Positions 19,493 through 31,262 of a stretch of 52,697 nt of DNA are shown here, one piece after another. Source of the DNA: a virus (taxonomy: Duplodnaviria > Caudoviricetes). The stretch lies in IMG/VR virus record IMGVR_UViG_3300026097_001084, positions 1-52,697 of that record; one strand, 5' to 3'. The position numbers and the translations under genes are program-made. The notes under the pieces were generated by a model. The model was not told where the DNA came from. It saw only the letters and a program-made list of their open reading frames with translations, and made no database searches. Position 1 is the stretch's first letter; each line of letters begins with the position of its first letter.

Positions 19493-20439
19493 TATATCAT
19501 TCTGTTAATTTCAGTTAAACACCCAGCCATTGCAATCTCTTTATCAATTGAATGGAAGTGGTTTGTCTGTCCTTGTGATAATGCAATTATAACATTACCA
19601 ATATTATCACCACCAAACTCATCAACTTTATCATAAAGTAGTGTAAACAAATCTGTAAAATCGGTTACTTTACTATCAATCAAAGTTTGTCTTAATTTCA
19701 TGTAACGATTTCTTGGGTCATCTTTGGATTTAAGAAGTTCCAATATCTTTACCTTATAGTCATTTTCCAATAAATCTTTGGTATCTACTTGAAGTTTGCC
19801 TTTGTTAGAATTTAATTGACAGGTATTGATTATTTTACGAATATCAGGATATCCTGCATCTATAATTGGTACCAAATCTTTAGGTTCAAATTCGATACCT
19901 TCTTTTGTAAGTATCTTGGATATCTGAACTGCTACATCTTTTTTAGTTGGAGGTACAATCTGAAATGATTGACAACGAGATTGGATTGGGTCAATTACTT
20001 TCTCAACATAGTTACAAGTTAAAATAAATCTACAATGTCCACTAAACGTTTCCATCAAGTTACGAAGGATAGCTTGTGCATTTTGAGTCATGTAATCGAA
20101 CTCATCAAGTATGATAATCTTCCATTTCTTAAATCCTTGTGATGATGCGAAGTTAGTAACTTTGTTACGAACTGTTTCTACATTGTTTTCAGATGATGCG
20201 TTTATAATCATATAATCACAATCAACCGATTTAACAATTAGTTTAGCTAATGTAGTTTTACCGGTACCTGCTCTACCATATAATAAAAGATGAGGTACAT
20301 CACCCGTTTCTAAGTAACCCTCTACTTTAGATTTTAAATGTTCGTTACCTACATAATCTTCTAACTTGGTGGGTCTGTATGATTCCACCCAAAGGGAGTT
20401 ATCCACTTTTTCTTCTTGGGTTTGTTCAAAAAATGCCAT
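19492..20439 (-). CDS. clamp loader AAA+ subunit (T4 gp44/RFC-like)
   Basis: LWVESYRP, GRAGTGKT, ILDEFD, SRC motif, PDIRK. Confidence 0.95.
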   Translation of the reverse strand: MAFFEQTQEEKVDNSLWVESYRPTKLEDYVGNEHLKSKVEGYLETGDVPHLLLYGRAGTGKTTLAKLIVKSVDCDYMIINASSENNVETVRNKVTNFASSQGFKKWKIIILDEFDYMTQNAQAILRNLMETFSGHCRFILTCNYVEKVIDPIQSRCQSFQIVPPTKKDVAVQISKILTKEGIEFEPKDLVPIIDAGYPDIRKIINTCQLNSNKGKLQVDTKDLLENDYKVKILELLKSKDDPRNRYMKLRQTLIDSKVTDFTDLFTLLYDKVDEFGGDNIGNVIIALSQGQTNHFHSIDKEIAMAGCLTEINRMI

Positions 20440-20440
20440 A

Positions 20441-20662
20441 TTATACTCCTGAATTTTTTACATCTTTAAGAAAATCTACTAACTTTTCCATTTTTGTTAC
20501 GATGGATTGTTTTCTATTTTCATCAATACCACGAATTGCCGATGTATTGATTTCGTTAATTAAATCTTGAATAGATGATGCTGCCACTAATAACCCATCA
20601 TCTTTTGAATTCAGATATGCATCTGAAATTCTGTACTTTGCACATACTTCTTGTAAGTTCAT
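20441..20662 (-). CDS. hypothetical protein
   Basis: 73-aa ORF in operon. Confidence 0.65.
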   Translation of the reverse strand: MNLQEVCAKYRISDAYLNSKDDGLLVAASSIQDLINEINTSAIRGIDENRKQSIVTKMEKLVDFLKDVKNSGV

Positions 20663-20672
20663 AATTTATTGT

Positions 20673-21890
20673 TTATCTTCCTACTTCTTGTAGGTATTTT
20701 TGTTTCATTTCTTCCCAACTCATTCCAATTGCATCTATATAATACAAATGGTCTGGTTTCAACCTACCCTCATCATGTAGTTTTGAGTAACGTTTGATTG
20801 CTTGCCTCTTCCACCACTTATTGATGTAACCAGTACCTTCTTCAAACTTTTTCTTCATAACCAATTTATCTTCTTCTATTTCAGAACGAAGAAACTCTGG
20901 TCCATTTTCGTACATCATTGCAAGATATACTCCACGTTTAAATCCATGGTGATATGCGGATTGTTTAATACCACACTCTTTGAATATCTGCCCAAGGATT
21001 TTTTGTTTAATACCACTCACAGGTCCACTAGCACCTTCACCAGTACCCATACTTTTACCATTACGGATTCGTTCGTTAGTGATGGCACTTTTATACCAAT
21101 CAGCACGATTTTCTTTTAACCATTGATGCCAAGGGTCATAAAATTCATCATCTGGTTTTAATGATATTTTACCAGCGGATTCACCTAAAGTTTTGAAATG
21201 AGGAATACCATTGTACTGAGAATGAATTCCATAAAGAGAAGTTGTACCAACTGCAATTAGAGTTTGTCCATATTTCTCTTTCCAAAAGTTTCTAACTTCA
21301 GGTACAGTAGTCATCATTGCGGTAAGTTTACCACCTAAAAAGTTGTATCCCAATGGCTGGGTACATACAATTGTAGAAGCGATAGTTGTATAATTCAACT
21401 TACCCTTCTTAAATTTATCATCTTTAGTCCAACCAATGTAGTTATCTCTAACTCCCATTGATGTAACATCACTAGCAAGTGATACTAATCCTAATAATTT
21501 ACCTGATGTTCTATCCTTGATTGTAATTTTAACATTACGACCTGGGTTAGCAGTCCAACTCATTGTATGAATCATTCTACGAAGATGGGTCCACTTTGTT
21601 GATGCAGCGGCATCATCAACTATTTCAACATAGGGGTCTAACGATTCAATTTCTTGAATCGTTAACTCCTTATTGTTTATATCAGTTGGTTTCCATTGTA
21701 AATCATAAAGGGATGCAATCGTGGATTTATCACGAATCATAGAATCTTCTTGCAATTCAACCCACTTCTTATATAATGTCTGTTCTTCAACAGTCATTGT
21801 CATAAGGTAATCCATATTCTCAATGAGTTTTTTCTTCTCATTTTCGAATATAAATTCAGGTTTAGCTGATTCTGTTTCCCAAAAACTCAT
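20673..21890 (-). CDS. DUF4338 (DruA-like) protein, putative Mom-related GNAT-fold enzyme
   Basis: PGRN, RDNYIGW, QPLGYNFLGGKL, TTSLYG-x-HSQYN, HGFKRGVY motifs. Confidence 0.7.
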   Translation of the reverse strand: MSFWETESAKPEFIFENEKKKLIENMDYLMTMTVEEQTLYKKWVELQEDSMIRDKSTIASLYDLQWKPTDINNKELTIQEIESLDPYVEIVDDAAASTKWTHLRRMIHTMSWTANPGRNVKITIKDRTSGKLLGLVSLASDVTSMGVRDNYIGWTKDDKFKKGKLNYTTIASTIVCTQPLGYNFLGGKLTAMMTTVPEVRNFWKEKYGQTLIAVGTTSLYGIHSQYNGIPHFKTLGESAGKISLKPDDEFYDPWHQWLKENRADWYKSAITNERIRNGKSMGTGEGASGPVSGIKQKILGQIFKECGIKQSAYHHGFKRGVYLAMMYENGPEFLRSEIEEDKLVMKKKFEEGTGYINKWWKRQAIKRYSKLHDEGRLKPDHLYYIDAIGMSWEEMKQKYLQEVGR

Positions 21891-21891
21891 A

Positions 21892-22587
21892 TTACTTAAT
21901 CTCTACTAAATAATAATTAGAAACGTAATCACCTTCTGTAAATGCAAGATGTGCTAACCCTTGAGATGAAATCTTCAAGGATGAAGTATTTGAACCTTTA
22001 TTAGCAACTAAGATTGCTTTAAGGTATTTTGCTGAGAATTGAATTGGTTCAACATCACCATCACAGGTACAATCAACAGTGATTGAAATTCGGTTAGAGT
22101 TAATTGAAGAATACCCTAAAATGATTTCTCCTTTATTATCCTTACAGGTAAATGTAAATGTATCAGCATCTGCCAATGCTCCCTTAGATTTGATAAATTT
22201 GTTTATAAACTCATCATCCAATGTAACATCTACATTAAATGGTGGTAATGCTTTCAAATCAGGTACCGCTGGGATAACTGAAGGTGCTGCCAACATATAC
22301 TGCATCTTAGTTCCCTTATCCGAGAATTTAAGTGCACCTGGTGTTTCTTCTACTTTAATTGAAGTATCCAATACACTCATCAACCCTTTTAACTGAGAAG
22401 TTGTGTAAATACCGAATTCACCATTTGGGAATTCCATATCTGCAACAGATACATCACCTAAAAGTGTCTTGTCATCAGATATCATACGAACTGTAAGATT
22501 TGTACCTTCTGATTTAATCATAACCGATTCTACTTCACCACCGAGATTATATCGATTGATGAAACCATCTAATTTTTGTTTTTCCAT
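21892..22587 (-). CDS. DNA polymerase sliding clamp (T4 gp45-like)
   Basis: 231 aa, EFGIY motif, C-terminal KISSQGLAHLAF...NYYLV; adjacent to the clamp loader. Confidence 0.85.
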   Translation of the reverse strand: MEKQKLDGFINRYNLGGEVESVMIKSEGTNLTVRMISDDKTLLGDVSVADMEFPNGEFGIYTTSQLKGLMSVLDTSIKVEETPGALKFSDKGTKMQYMLAAPSVIPAVPDLKALPPFNVDVTLDDEFINKFIKSKGALADADTFTFTCKDNKGEIILGYSSINSNRISITVDCTCDGDVEPIQFSAKYLKAILVANKGSNTSSLKISSQGLAHLAFTEGDYVSNYYLVEIK

Positions 22588-22625
22588 AATTTAAATTTAA
22601 TATAACTTTATTTATTTTGTTCATA

Positions 22626-22657
22626 CAAAGATACGAAATACTTTGTTGGGTTCCAAA
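22626..22657 (-). promoter_or_regulatory. Bacteroidota sigma-A type promoter
   Basis: TTTG-N20-TATCTTTG, perfect consensus, upstream of the clamp gene. Confidence 0.8.
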
Positions 22658-22675
22658 TCTTTTTAGATTTATTTA

Positions 22676-24432
<1,757 letters not shown>

Positions 24433-24495
24433 GTTATTTTTATTTATTATTATATGTTATTGTATGTTCAATATCAGTACCACAAGTGGGTAACC

Positions 24496-24508
24496 TGACA
24501 TATTGTCA
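24496..24508. promoter_or_regulatory. palindrome TGACA-N3-TGTCA, candidate operator at the groEL promoter
   Basis: Perfect inverted repeat immediately downstream of the -7 element. Confidence 0.5.
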
Positions 24509-24510
24509 TA

Positions 24511-24542
24511 CAAAGATAAGAAATTTATTTGGATTATCCAAA
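24511..24542 (-). promoter_or_regulatory. Bacteroidota sigma-A type promoter
   Basis: TTTG-N20-TATCTTTG upstream of the groEL unit. Confidence 0.8.
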
Positions 24543-27059
24543 TTAAAAGGAGAAAAACTTTTCTGCTGTCTTTTGGTCACTCATAACATCACCCCAATCC
24601 AATGCTCCATAAAAATCTTCAAGTTTCTTTAATAACTCTCGTTCAAAGATTTTATCATGATTAATATAAGTTTTAATTAAATCCATGATTTGTGGTGGGT
24701 CATTATAACCATTAAAACCAACTGCATCTAATCCAAATGGATTTTGTTTAAGATATACCCACTTAATCTTATCACCATCCTTTAAAGGTTCAAATTGATT
24801 TTCAACCCCAAAGTGTTTTAATAATTGATTATATGCGATTGATGCTTTTACGTGTGCGGGTGTACCACTAGCAAATTGGAACATTGCCGTTTGGTCTTTT
24901 TTCTTAGGCATGTACTTTGATAAGTTTTTAACTGCTCCAGCTTTTGCAATCTTAACAACATCCATGTTTACCAAATCTTTTTTGAATGCATGAACTTTAT
25001 CGGTAAGTTGTTCTTCAGTATCACCTCTTAGGATTTCAATCAGAACTTCACTCATAAACTTTCTAAAAGCGGCTGGGTATGATGAACGTACAACATCCAA
25101 TCCCTTTACATCTAACTTATCAACAGGTACACCATTATCTGAAATAATCCATTGTGCGTATCTTTTCTTTGCAATCCATATACCAGCTTTAGAAACGAAT
25201 TCCTTTTTAATCTCCAATCTATGTTTATCTATATTGAAAACTTTTTTGGCAAGAATATTATAAAAGTTATTTAGATAATCTTGCATCTCACCTGCTATAT
25301 CATTTACATAACCAGCGATAACATCTTGTTCGTTATCTTTCCAATTTGGAATTCTATGGTCTAAGAGAGGAGCTGCGGAAAAGAATACAGAATCAGTATC
25401 AATATATATGTTAGAGTCAGCATCAGGAGTACCCAACTCCTTGTTGTACTTGATGTTAGCCATATCAGCCGTGCTTTTAATAACCGTCTGACCGGTTGTG
25501 GTAACAGCGGTAGCATTATCAACATCATAGAACCGAAAGGCAGGAAGACCAAGCACCCCATATAAAGAGTTAAGAAGAATCTTTTGTACCAACTGTCTTT
25601 TTTTGTAAAAAGCGTATTTCTCTTTTTCACCACTATCCCCATATTGTTTTTCTAACTTTCTAAATTCTACCCTTTGTTTAAACCAAGTATCTAATATATC
25701 AGGAATACACCCAACTACATCGGTTCGGTATAATACACCATTTGATGCTATTGAGAATTTAGATTTATCTAAATATTCTTTTAGATTTTCTTTGGAGATT
25801 GCATCTTCTCCGATATAATAAGTATCAACTTCACCTTTAATGAATTTCTGTGCATCCCAATCTTTAATCTTACCAACTTTCGTTTCTGGTGAGATATTAA
25901 TACTCATAATAATGGATGGATATAGGGAAGTTAAATCCAAATCATATATCCATTCATACTTACCAACGATTGGTGCTTTTACATATGCTCCAATAAACTT
26001 TTCTTCGTTATTATCACGAAGTGCTTGCATTCTCTCCTGTCTATCTGCTGGTTTATTTGGTGCTACAATATTCTTACGTTTAAGATAAGTTAACATTGCT
26101 CCTTCAAGATACTTTGATGAATAAACAAAATCTTCATAAGGTACATGTCCTGCGTGACAGATACCACGAGCAGTATCAATGAATTGTAATTTTTCATCAA
26201 ACTGAACTACCAATTCAACATCCACTAAGTTATACTCAATGAATTTTTCAATATCATCTCTAAATAAGATATCCAAGTTACCATCATATTCAATCTTACC
26301 TTTACCCAATTCTCGTTGAGCAATAGAATCCAATCTATATGAATCTAATTCAGAGTAGGTAAAGTTCTTGTAAAGGGATAGGTAATCTAAATAAGATACA
26401 CCAGCCATAAAATATCTTTTACGATAAGGAGACCAGAAACATTGTCCGATTGGTGATAATCTATTTGCATGTTTCTCACCTAATAATCGTTTTATACGAT
26501 TGTATAACATAGGTGTATCGAAATAATCAATATTCCAACCCGTAACGATTGTTGGATTAATCATTTCGTAGAGTTCCAAATACTTCATCAACATATCTCG
26601 TTCATCCTTAAATGGAATTACGATTGCTTTATCAGTAGTTTTCTCTACCATTAACCCGTCTTTATCCATTACCAATACCCAGTATTGATTGGTAGCAGAA
26701 TCATGGAGTGCGATTGATGTTAATTCGTTTGTAGCTTCTTCTGGATTTGGCAATCCACTTGTCATCTCACACTCAATATCGTAAGTGAGTATAACATGTC
26801 CTTCTGAAGGTAAATCCGAATCAGTATAAATATCTACTAAAACTCTTGTAGTTTCTGGTACATCAGATTCAAACAAGTTTTTATCATCTTTACTATATCT
26901 ATGAATTTTAGTTACCTTATCCCCATATAAAGTAGTATATTCACCTCGTTCTGCTCTTTCATAGGCATATCGAGTATATGGAAATGTTCTGTAACCTTGC
27001 TTATCATCCCAAAGATGGACAAGATTCTTTTCTCGCTGGTAATATACGTTCTTGTACAA
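24543..27059 (-). CDS. polB: family B DNA polymerase (T4 gp43-like), TTG start
   Basis: Exo motifs YDIE, GWNIDYFD, YNLVD; pol motifs DLTSLYPSII, KILLNSLYG, YIDTDS, KKRY. Confidence 0.97.
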   Translation of the reverse strand: MYKNVYYQREKNLVHLWDDKQGYRTFPYTRYAYERAERGEYTTLYGDKVTKIHRYSKDDKNLFESDVPETTRVLVDIYTDSDLPSEGHVILTYDIECEMTSGLPNPEEATNELTSIALHDSATNQYWVLVMDKDGLMVEKTTDKAIVIPFKDERDMLMKYLELYEMINPTIVTGWNIDYFDTPMLYNRIKRLLGEKHANRLSPIGQCFWSPYRKRYFMAGVSYLDYLSLYKNFTYSELDSYRLDSIAQRELGKGKIEYDGNLDILFRDDIEKFIEYNLVDVELVVQFDEKLQFIDTARGICHAGHVPYEDFVYSSKYLEGAMLTYLKRKNIVAPNKPADRQERMQALRDNNEEKFIGAYVKAPIVGKYEWIYDLDLTSLYPSIIMSINISPETKVGKIKDWDAQKFIKGEVDTYYIGEDAISKENLKEYLDKSKFSIASNGVLYRTDVVGCIPDILDTWFKQRVEFRKLEKQYGDSGEKEKYAFYKKRQLVQKILLNSLYGVLGLPAFRFYDVDNATAVTTTGQTVIKSTADMANIKYNKELGTPDADSNIYIDTDSVFFSAAPLLDHRIPNWKDNEQDVIAGYVNDIAGEMQDYLNNFYNILAKKVFNIDKHRLEIKKEFVSKAGIWIAKKRYAQWIISDNGVPVDKLDVKGLDVVRSSYPAAFRKFMSEVLIEILRGDTEEQLTDKVHAFKKDLVNMDVVKIAKAGAVKNLSKYMPKKKDQTAMFQFASGTPAHVKASIAYNQLLKHFGVENQFEPLKDGDKIKWVYLKQNPFGLDAVGFNGYNDPPQIMDLIKTYINHDKIFERELLKKLEDFYGALDWGDVMSDQKTAEKFFSF

Positions 27060-28205
27060 TTAACTTAATTTTTTGTGAAGTTCAACAATCATTTTATCTT
27101 CATTGGAAGATAACTCATGAGCTCTTTGAATTGCTTTAATAGATTGTTCATTTTTAAATATATCATCATCTAAAAATTTATCTAACAATTCAAAGAATTC
27201 TTTTTTCTTTGTAAAGAATAAACCATTAGGGTCTATCTCTTTATAACAATCAGATGATTGCCATAACATAGGAGTTCCATTCATCATACAATCAGTACCA
27301 CTTACTGACCAACCATGATTAGTTTGTTTCATCTGAACACCAACTGTACAATCTTGTAATCGTTTGTAATATTCATGTTTAGGTACTCGTGTATTATCAA
27401 TCCAAGAATGAGGAACCCTTCCAGTTAATTGAGGTACCCAAACCACAAAATCTTGTCGTTTAGTGTAATATTCCTCCATTAATTTAATGAATTTAGGATA
27501 TCCCTTATAAGCAGCTGGTCTATGATTGAATACAATAATCTTTCTTTTATCATTGGATGGGGTTGGTACTATCTTATCTTTTGGTAATCCTAAATTCCAG
27601 ACAGTAAGAATATCATCTAACTTATTTACAAATTCATCATTAAACATTTCCTTTGCTTCCAATAAAACTCTATTCTTTTGGTCTTGTGTATTTAGATAAC
27701 AAGTTTCCATTTGCGAAATACCCAATAACTCAATAGGTAACCACATCCATTTTGCTTTACCTTCTCGTCTATCTATCCCATTACATGGTAGGTGTTTACT
27801 ACCCTCAAACCAATGAGAATAACCAATGATTTTAGTCCCAAATTTTGCATATCTACCAACTTGTGGCCAATCAGGCAAATGGGAATATATTACATCATAT
27901 TCAGTATCCTTTAATACTTTAATTAAATCAACCGATGGGAATGCCCGTTGATTCATCATATCACCGGGTATATGAATCCCAATTTGCTTTACATTGTGTT
28001 TAGGTAGGGTATTTAATTTTTTAGTAACATTACCCTTTGGTACCAATACAGTAAAATGATATTCACCATGATTATCCAATGCCTTAATATGATTATAAAT
28101 TACATCTATAAATGAATCTTTTTCAATGTTAGATGAGTTTGTAATATTTGGTATTACCAACACTTTCCTAGCGTTTTTGTAATCTATTGCTTCCCAAAAA
28201 TTCAT
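27060..28205 (-). CDS. GT-B glycosyltransferase, candidate DNA-modifying
   Basis: YDVIYSHLP, IVFNHRPAAYKGY, GWSVSGTDCMMNGTP; directly upstream of polB. Confidence 0.7.
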   Translation of the reverse strand: MNFWEAIDYKNARKVLVIPNITNSSNIEKDSFIDVIYNHIKALDNHGEYHFTVLVPKGNVTKKLNTLPKHNVKQIGIHIPGDMMNQRAFPSVDLIKVLKDTEYDVIYSHLPDWPQVGRYAKFGTKIIGYSHWFEGSKHLPCNGIDRREGKAKWMWLPIELLGISQMETCYLNTQDQKNRVLLEAKEMFNDEFVNKLDDILTVWNLGLPKDKIVPTPSNDKRKIIVFNHRPAAYKGYPKFIKLMEEYYTKRQDFVVWVPQLTGRVPHSWIDNTRVPKHEYYKRLQDCTVGVQMKQTNHGWSVSGTDCMMNGTPMLWQSSDCYKEIDPNGLFFTKKKEFFELLDKFLDDDIFKNEQSIKAIQRAHELSSNEDKMIVELHKKLS

Positions 28206-30253
28206 TATTCAGCTCTCCTTTTCCATTTAACAAAAGTATCAATAGATTCTTGATAATCAAGAACTTTGTCACGGTTATCACTTTTTTGATACTTTTTAAT
28301 CTGCGCTTCACATAACTTAATCATAACATCACAAGCATCTACAAATGTCCCACCATCATCAACTAAATTTCTATCAAATGAATCACTTATGTAGTTATTA
28401 TACTTTTTAGATAATGGAAACCAAAACTTAAATTCTTTTTGTGGATTTTTACTTCTAAATGATAGGTGATGACTTTCATAATTACCAATTTCTACCCACT
28501 CACCACTACTTGGACACAAATACAATTTAGTATCGGTGTGCTTTAATTTATCAGTAACATACTTCATTGAATCAGTCCTACTCCATAAAGAAGTATCGGT
28601 TGCTGATGCTTGTTCGTTAACTTCAGTTACAAATGCTTTAGTAGTAAACAAACCATTAAATACTTTGTATCTATTCAATGAAGTTGCTTTTTCATCTCCA
28701 ACAAACTTATCTGAATTATTTAAGAAGTATTTTTCAAAGTTATTGTTAAATACATCCATAACTGCATTAGCCCAATCGCCAACCGATTGAGAAGATGGTA
28801 GAGTATCTAATATAACATGAGATAAATTAATAAGTTGATATGGTGTGCTGAATCTCAAATCAGCTACACACCCTCTATTGTAACTTATTAACTTATATTG
28901 TTGTTTATCAACTACGTTTAGTTGTTCTGAATCAATTACATTTGCATTTTTTAACAAATTACTTAATTCATCTTTGAATTGTTGCTCCCACATTTTTCTC
29001 TTTTCATCAAATATCATCAATCTTTTAATAAAATCAACGTTAGTAAAATGATATGCAAGAGAAATTCCGTTTTGGATATATTGGATTGTGGTTTTATCAT
29101 CTTCAATTACTAATGAACTAAATAGATTTAAATATCTGTCTCTAACACTATCAACCAGTCCATAAGTTTTCCACATTTCATTTTGCCAATATGGACCAGA
29201 GCCATATCCTCTAGCAACTGATTCAATTGAATTTTTCTTTAATGGTTCTAAGTGATAACTAACAACACCATCATTATTATGCGAATGTATTCTTGAAATA
29301 AGAAGGTTGTTAATAAAAATCAAATACTGGTCATAGTTCATTTCAGTATAATCTTTACTAGTCAAATCATATGAAAATGTCTTTGGTAAGTATTTTGAGA
29401 AATTAAAACCAGTTCTATTAAATAGTGGAATATTTGGTATTAAATTGGATAGTAATCCACGCTCGTTATCTAATTCATACTCAACATCATACAATAAAGA
29501 GTTTAATTTACTACCATCTAATTCAGTTTTTACACGTTGAGTTACTGAGTGAGATGAAATGTGTTCATTCAACTTTTTCATTAAAGTACTTGCACCCTTT
29601 GATGTAGTGAAGTGAACCTTACCGGTTAATTTAGTTTTATTTGTATCAGATACATAAGTTTGAAACTTTGGGTAATATTCAATAATATCATTGATATCAA
29701 ATTCAGATTGTGTTAGATTTACGGAAAACTCTTTAAGTATAGACCATACTTTGGAATATTCAAAATCAAATCCATCAGATTCACGTCTGATAATAACATT
29801 CTCCAAATCATCCGATTTGAATTTTTTATTATTAAGAATAGTATCTGAAAATGAAAATGTTTGATGCTGACCATCGTAACAATAAATTAATCCATTAAAC
29901 TCTTTATCAATTAACACGACAATATGTGCATTTGGAGCCGTATTACCATCAAGAATATCAAATATTTGTTCTAATTGATATTCACCAGTTTGTCTTTCTG
30001 CTTTGGTTTGTTGTTTTGGTCTAACCAATCTCAATCGTTTTGTATTCAATTTCTCAGCCTCCAATGGGTTATCATAGAACTTAATAAGTTCAGATACACC
30101 AGTATCGATGAAGTTTAATGAAAATTGAAATGTTGATTTTTGTTTGGTTTCCGATGCCAATTTCCAGGTGGAATAAAATCGGTTGTAGGTTTTTTCAACA
30201 TCCGTATCGGATAAGTTGATTAATTCATTTCCGTAAAATTCGTTTTCTTTCAT
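28205..30253 (-). CDS. divergent DUF262/ParB-like plus C-terminal HNH-like protein (GmrSD-like)
   Basis: RPKQQ...IFDILDG...YCYDGQHQ...MKKLN; C-terminal CPSSG...YESHH...PLSKKYN. Confidence 0.5.
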   Translation of the reverse strand: MKENEFYGNELINLSDTDVEKTYNRFYSTWKLASETKQKSTFQFSLNFIDTGVSELIKFYDNPLEAEKLNTKRLRLVRPKQQTKAERQTGEYQLEQIFDILDGNTAPNAHIVVLIDKEFNGLIYCYDGQHQTFSFSDTILNNKKFKSDDLENVIIRRESDGFDFEYSKVWSILKEFSVNLTQSEFDINDIIEYYPKFQTYVSDTNKTKLTGKVHFTTSKGASTLMKKLNEHISSHSVTQRVKTELDGSKLNSLLYDVEYELDNERGLLSNLIPNIPLFNRTGFNFSKYLPKTFSYDLTSKDYTEMNYDQYLIFINNLLISRIHSHNNDGVVSYHLEPLKKNSIESVARGYGSGPYWQNEMWKTYGLVDSVRDRYLNLFSSLVIEDDKTTIQYIQNGISLAYHFTNVDFIKRLMIFDEKRKMWEQQFKDELSNLLKNANVIDSEQLNVVDKQQYKLISYNRGCVADLRFSTPYQLINLSHVILDTLPSSQSVGDWANAVMDVFNNNFEKYFLNNSDKFVGDEKATSLNRYKVFNGLFTTKAFVTEVNEQASATDTSLWSRTDSMKYVTDKLKHTDTKLYLCPSSGEWVEIGNYESHHLSFRSKNPQKEFKFWFPLSKKYNNYISDSFDRNLVDDGGTFVDACDVMIKLCEAQIKKYQKSDNRDKVLDYQESIDTFVKWKRRAE

Positions 30254-30307
30254 AACTTTTCCTTTAGTTAATTAATTAATCGAGGTACTCAGACCTCCTT
30301 TGTTATA

Positions 30308-30339
30308 CAAATATACGTAATTTATTTTAATTATCTAAA
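30308..30339 (-). promoter_or_regulatory. Bacteroidota sigma-A type promoter
   Basis: TTTA-N20-TATATTTG. Confidence 0.65.
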
Positions 30340-30408
30340 TATTTTTTTAAATATTTATCACTATCTAAATAAATTAATTATGTCATATCTCTCATCTTGA
30401 TTACATAG

Positions 30409-30439
30409 TAAATATACAACAATATTTGAGATATTCAAA
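30409..30439 (-). promoter_or_regulatory. Bacteroidota sigma-A type promoter (second, tandem)
   Basis: TTTG-N19-TATATTTA. Confidence 0.55.
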
Positions 30440-30467
30440 ATTTAAAATGTTAAAGTTTTGTTAAAAT

Positions 30468-31262
30468 TTACCAAAAATTTACTTTATTTTCTGATTCGAT
30501 AGTTTCATAGTGTTCTATCTTTGGTAAATAATCTTCTAAGTTCTTTGGATAAGGATAAACTTTGTGTTTCAATTTTGATTTCAACTTCTTAGTTTCTCCT
30601 TTAGTTTGACCTAATATCTGAATGTATCTATTCTTAGGTGCTTCTTTCTTTCTCCAAAATTCTTTATAACCATCTTTACCAACTGCCTCTTTTAGTTTTT
30701 CTATATTATGTGAACCCCACTTAGAAAATACAGTTCTTGAATGTATCCACTTATAAGGGTCTTTAGTTAATGATATACTAAAGTTTGGCATCAGTTGTAT
30801 TTGTGATGTATCTTGGAATAACCAATTTGTTGCTTGGTAAATTCCACCAAGATGTCCTTGCTCAGAATCAGAATAAGAAATCAACATCTTTATATTAGGT
30901 GCATTTTCTTTTAACCACTTAAAAGATTGTCCCATTGAGTATGATTCAATATTAGAACCATAACCATCGTGTATGAACAATCGTGTTAACTCTAAACACT
31001 CATCTTTGCCCAATCCATCAATTACCGAAGTTACTGCTGACCTACCCACTGGATATCCATAAATAAGACAACCTATGAGTTGTTCAGTATTACCCAATAC
31101 ATCTTCGGTATCGGTTTCGTAAAATATACCAAGTGCATACCTACACATTGAAAATGCGTGTGTATAATGATACTTTACAATCATATCCTTACCAGCTGCT
31201 TTACTGATTTCTCTGATTGTAATTTTGGATGTATCCACGTAATGTTTATTCTCCTCCTTCAA
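30468..31262 (-). CDS. Mom-like adenine modification enzyme (GNAT fold)
   Basis: IVKYHYTH, LELTRLF, LISYSDSEQGHLGGIYQATNW. Confidence 0.85.
   Translation of the reverse strand: MKEENKHYVDTSKITIREISKAAGKDMIVKYHYTHAFSMCRYALGIFYETDTEDVLGNTEQLIGCLIYGYPVGRSAVTSVIDGLGKDECLELTRLFIHDGYGSNIESYSMGQSFKWLKENAPNIKMLISYSDSEQGHLGGIYQATNWLFQDTSQIQLMPNFSISLTKDPYKWIHSRTVFSKWGSHNIEKLKEAVGKDGYKEFWRKKEAPKNRYIQILGQTKGETKKLKSKLKHKVYPYPKNLEDYLPKIEHYETIESENKVNFW

Noticed and set aside
20673-21890. Druantia anti-phage system (DruA-like gene)
   Set aside because: No DruE helicase or other dru genes; the context is the phage replication operon
30378-30386. Mini-ORF ATG-ACA-TAA behind the promoter at 30409
   Set aside because: Too short to support; at most the remnant of a deleted gene
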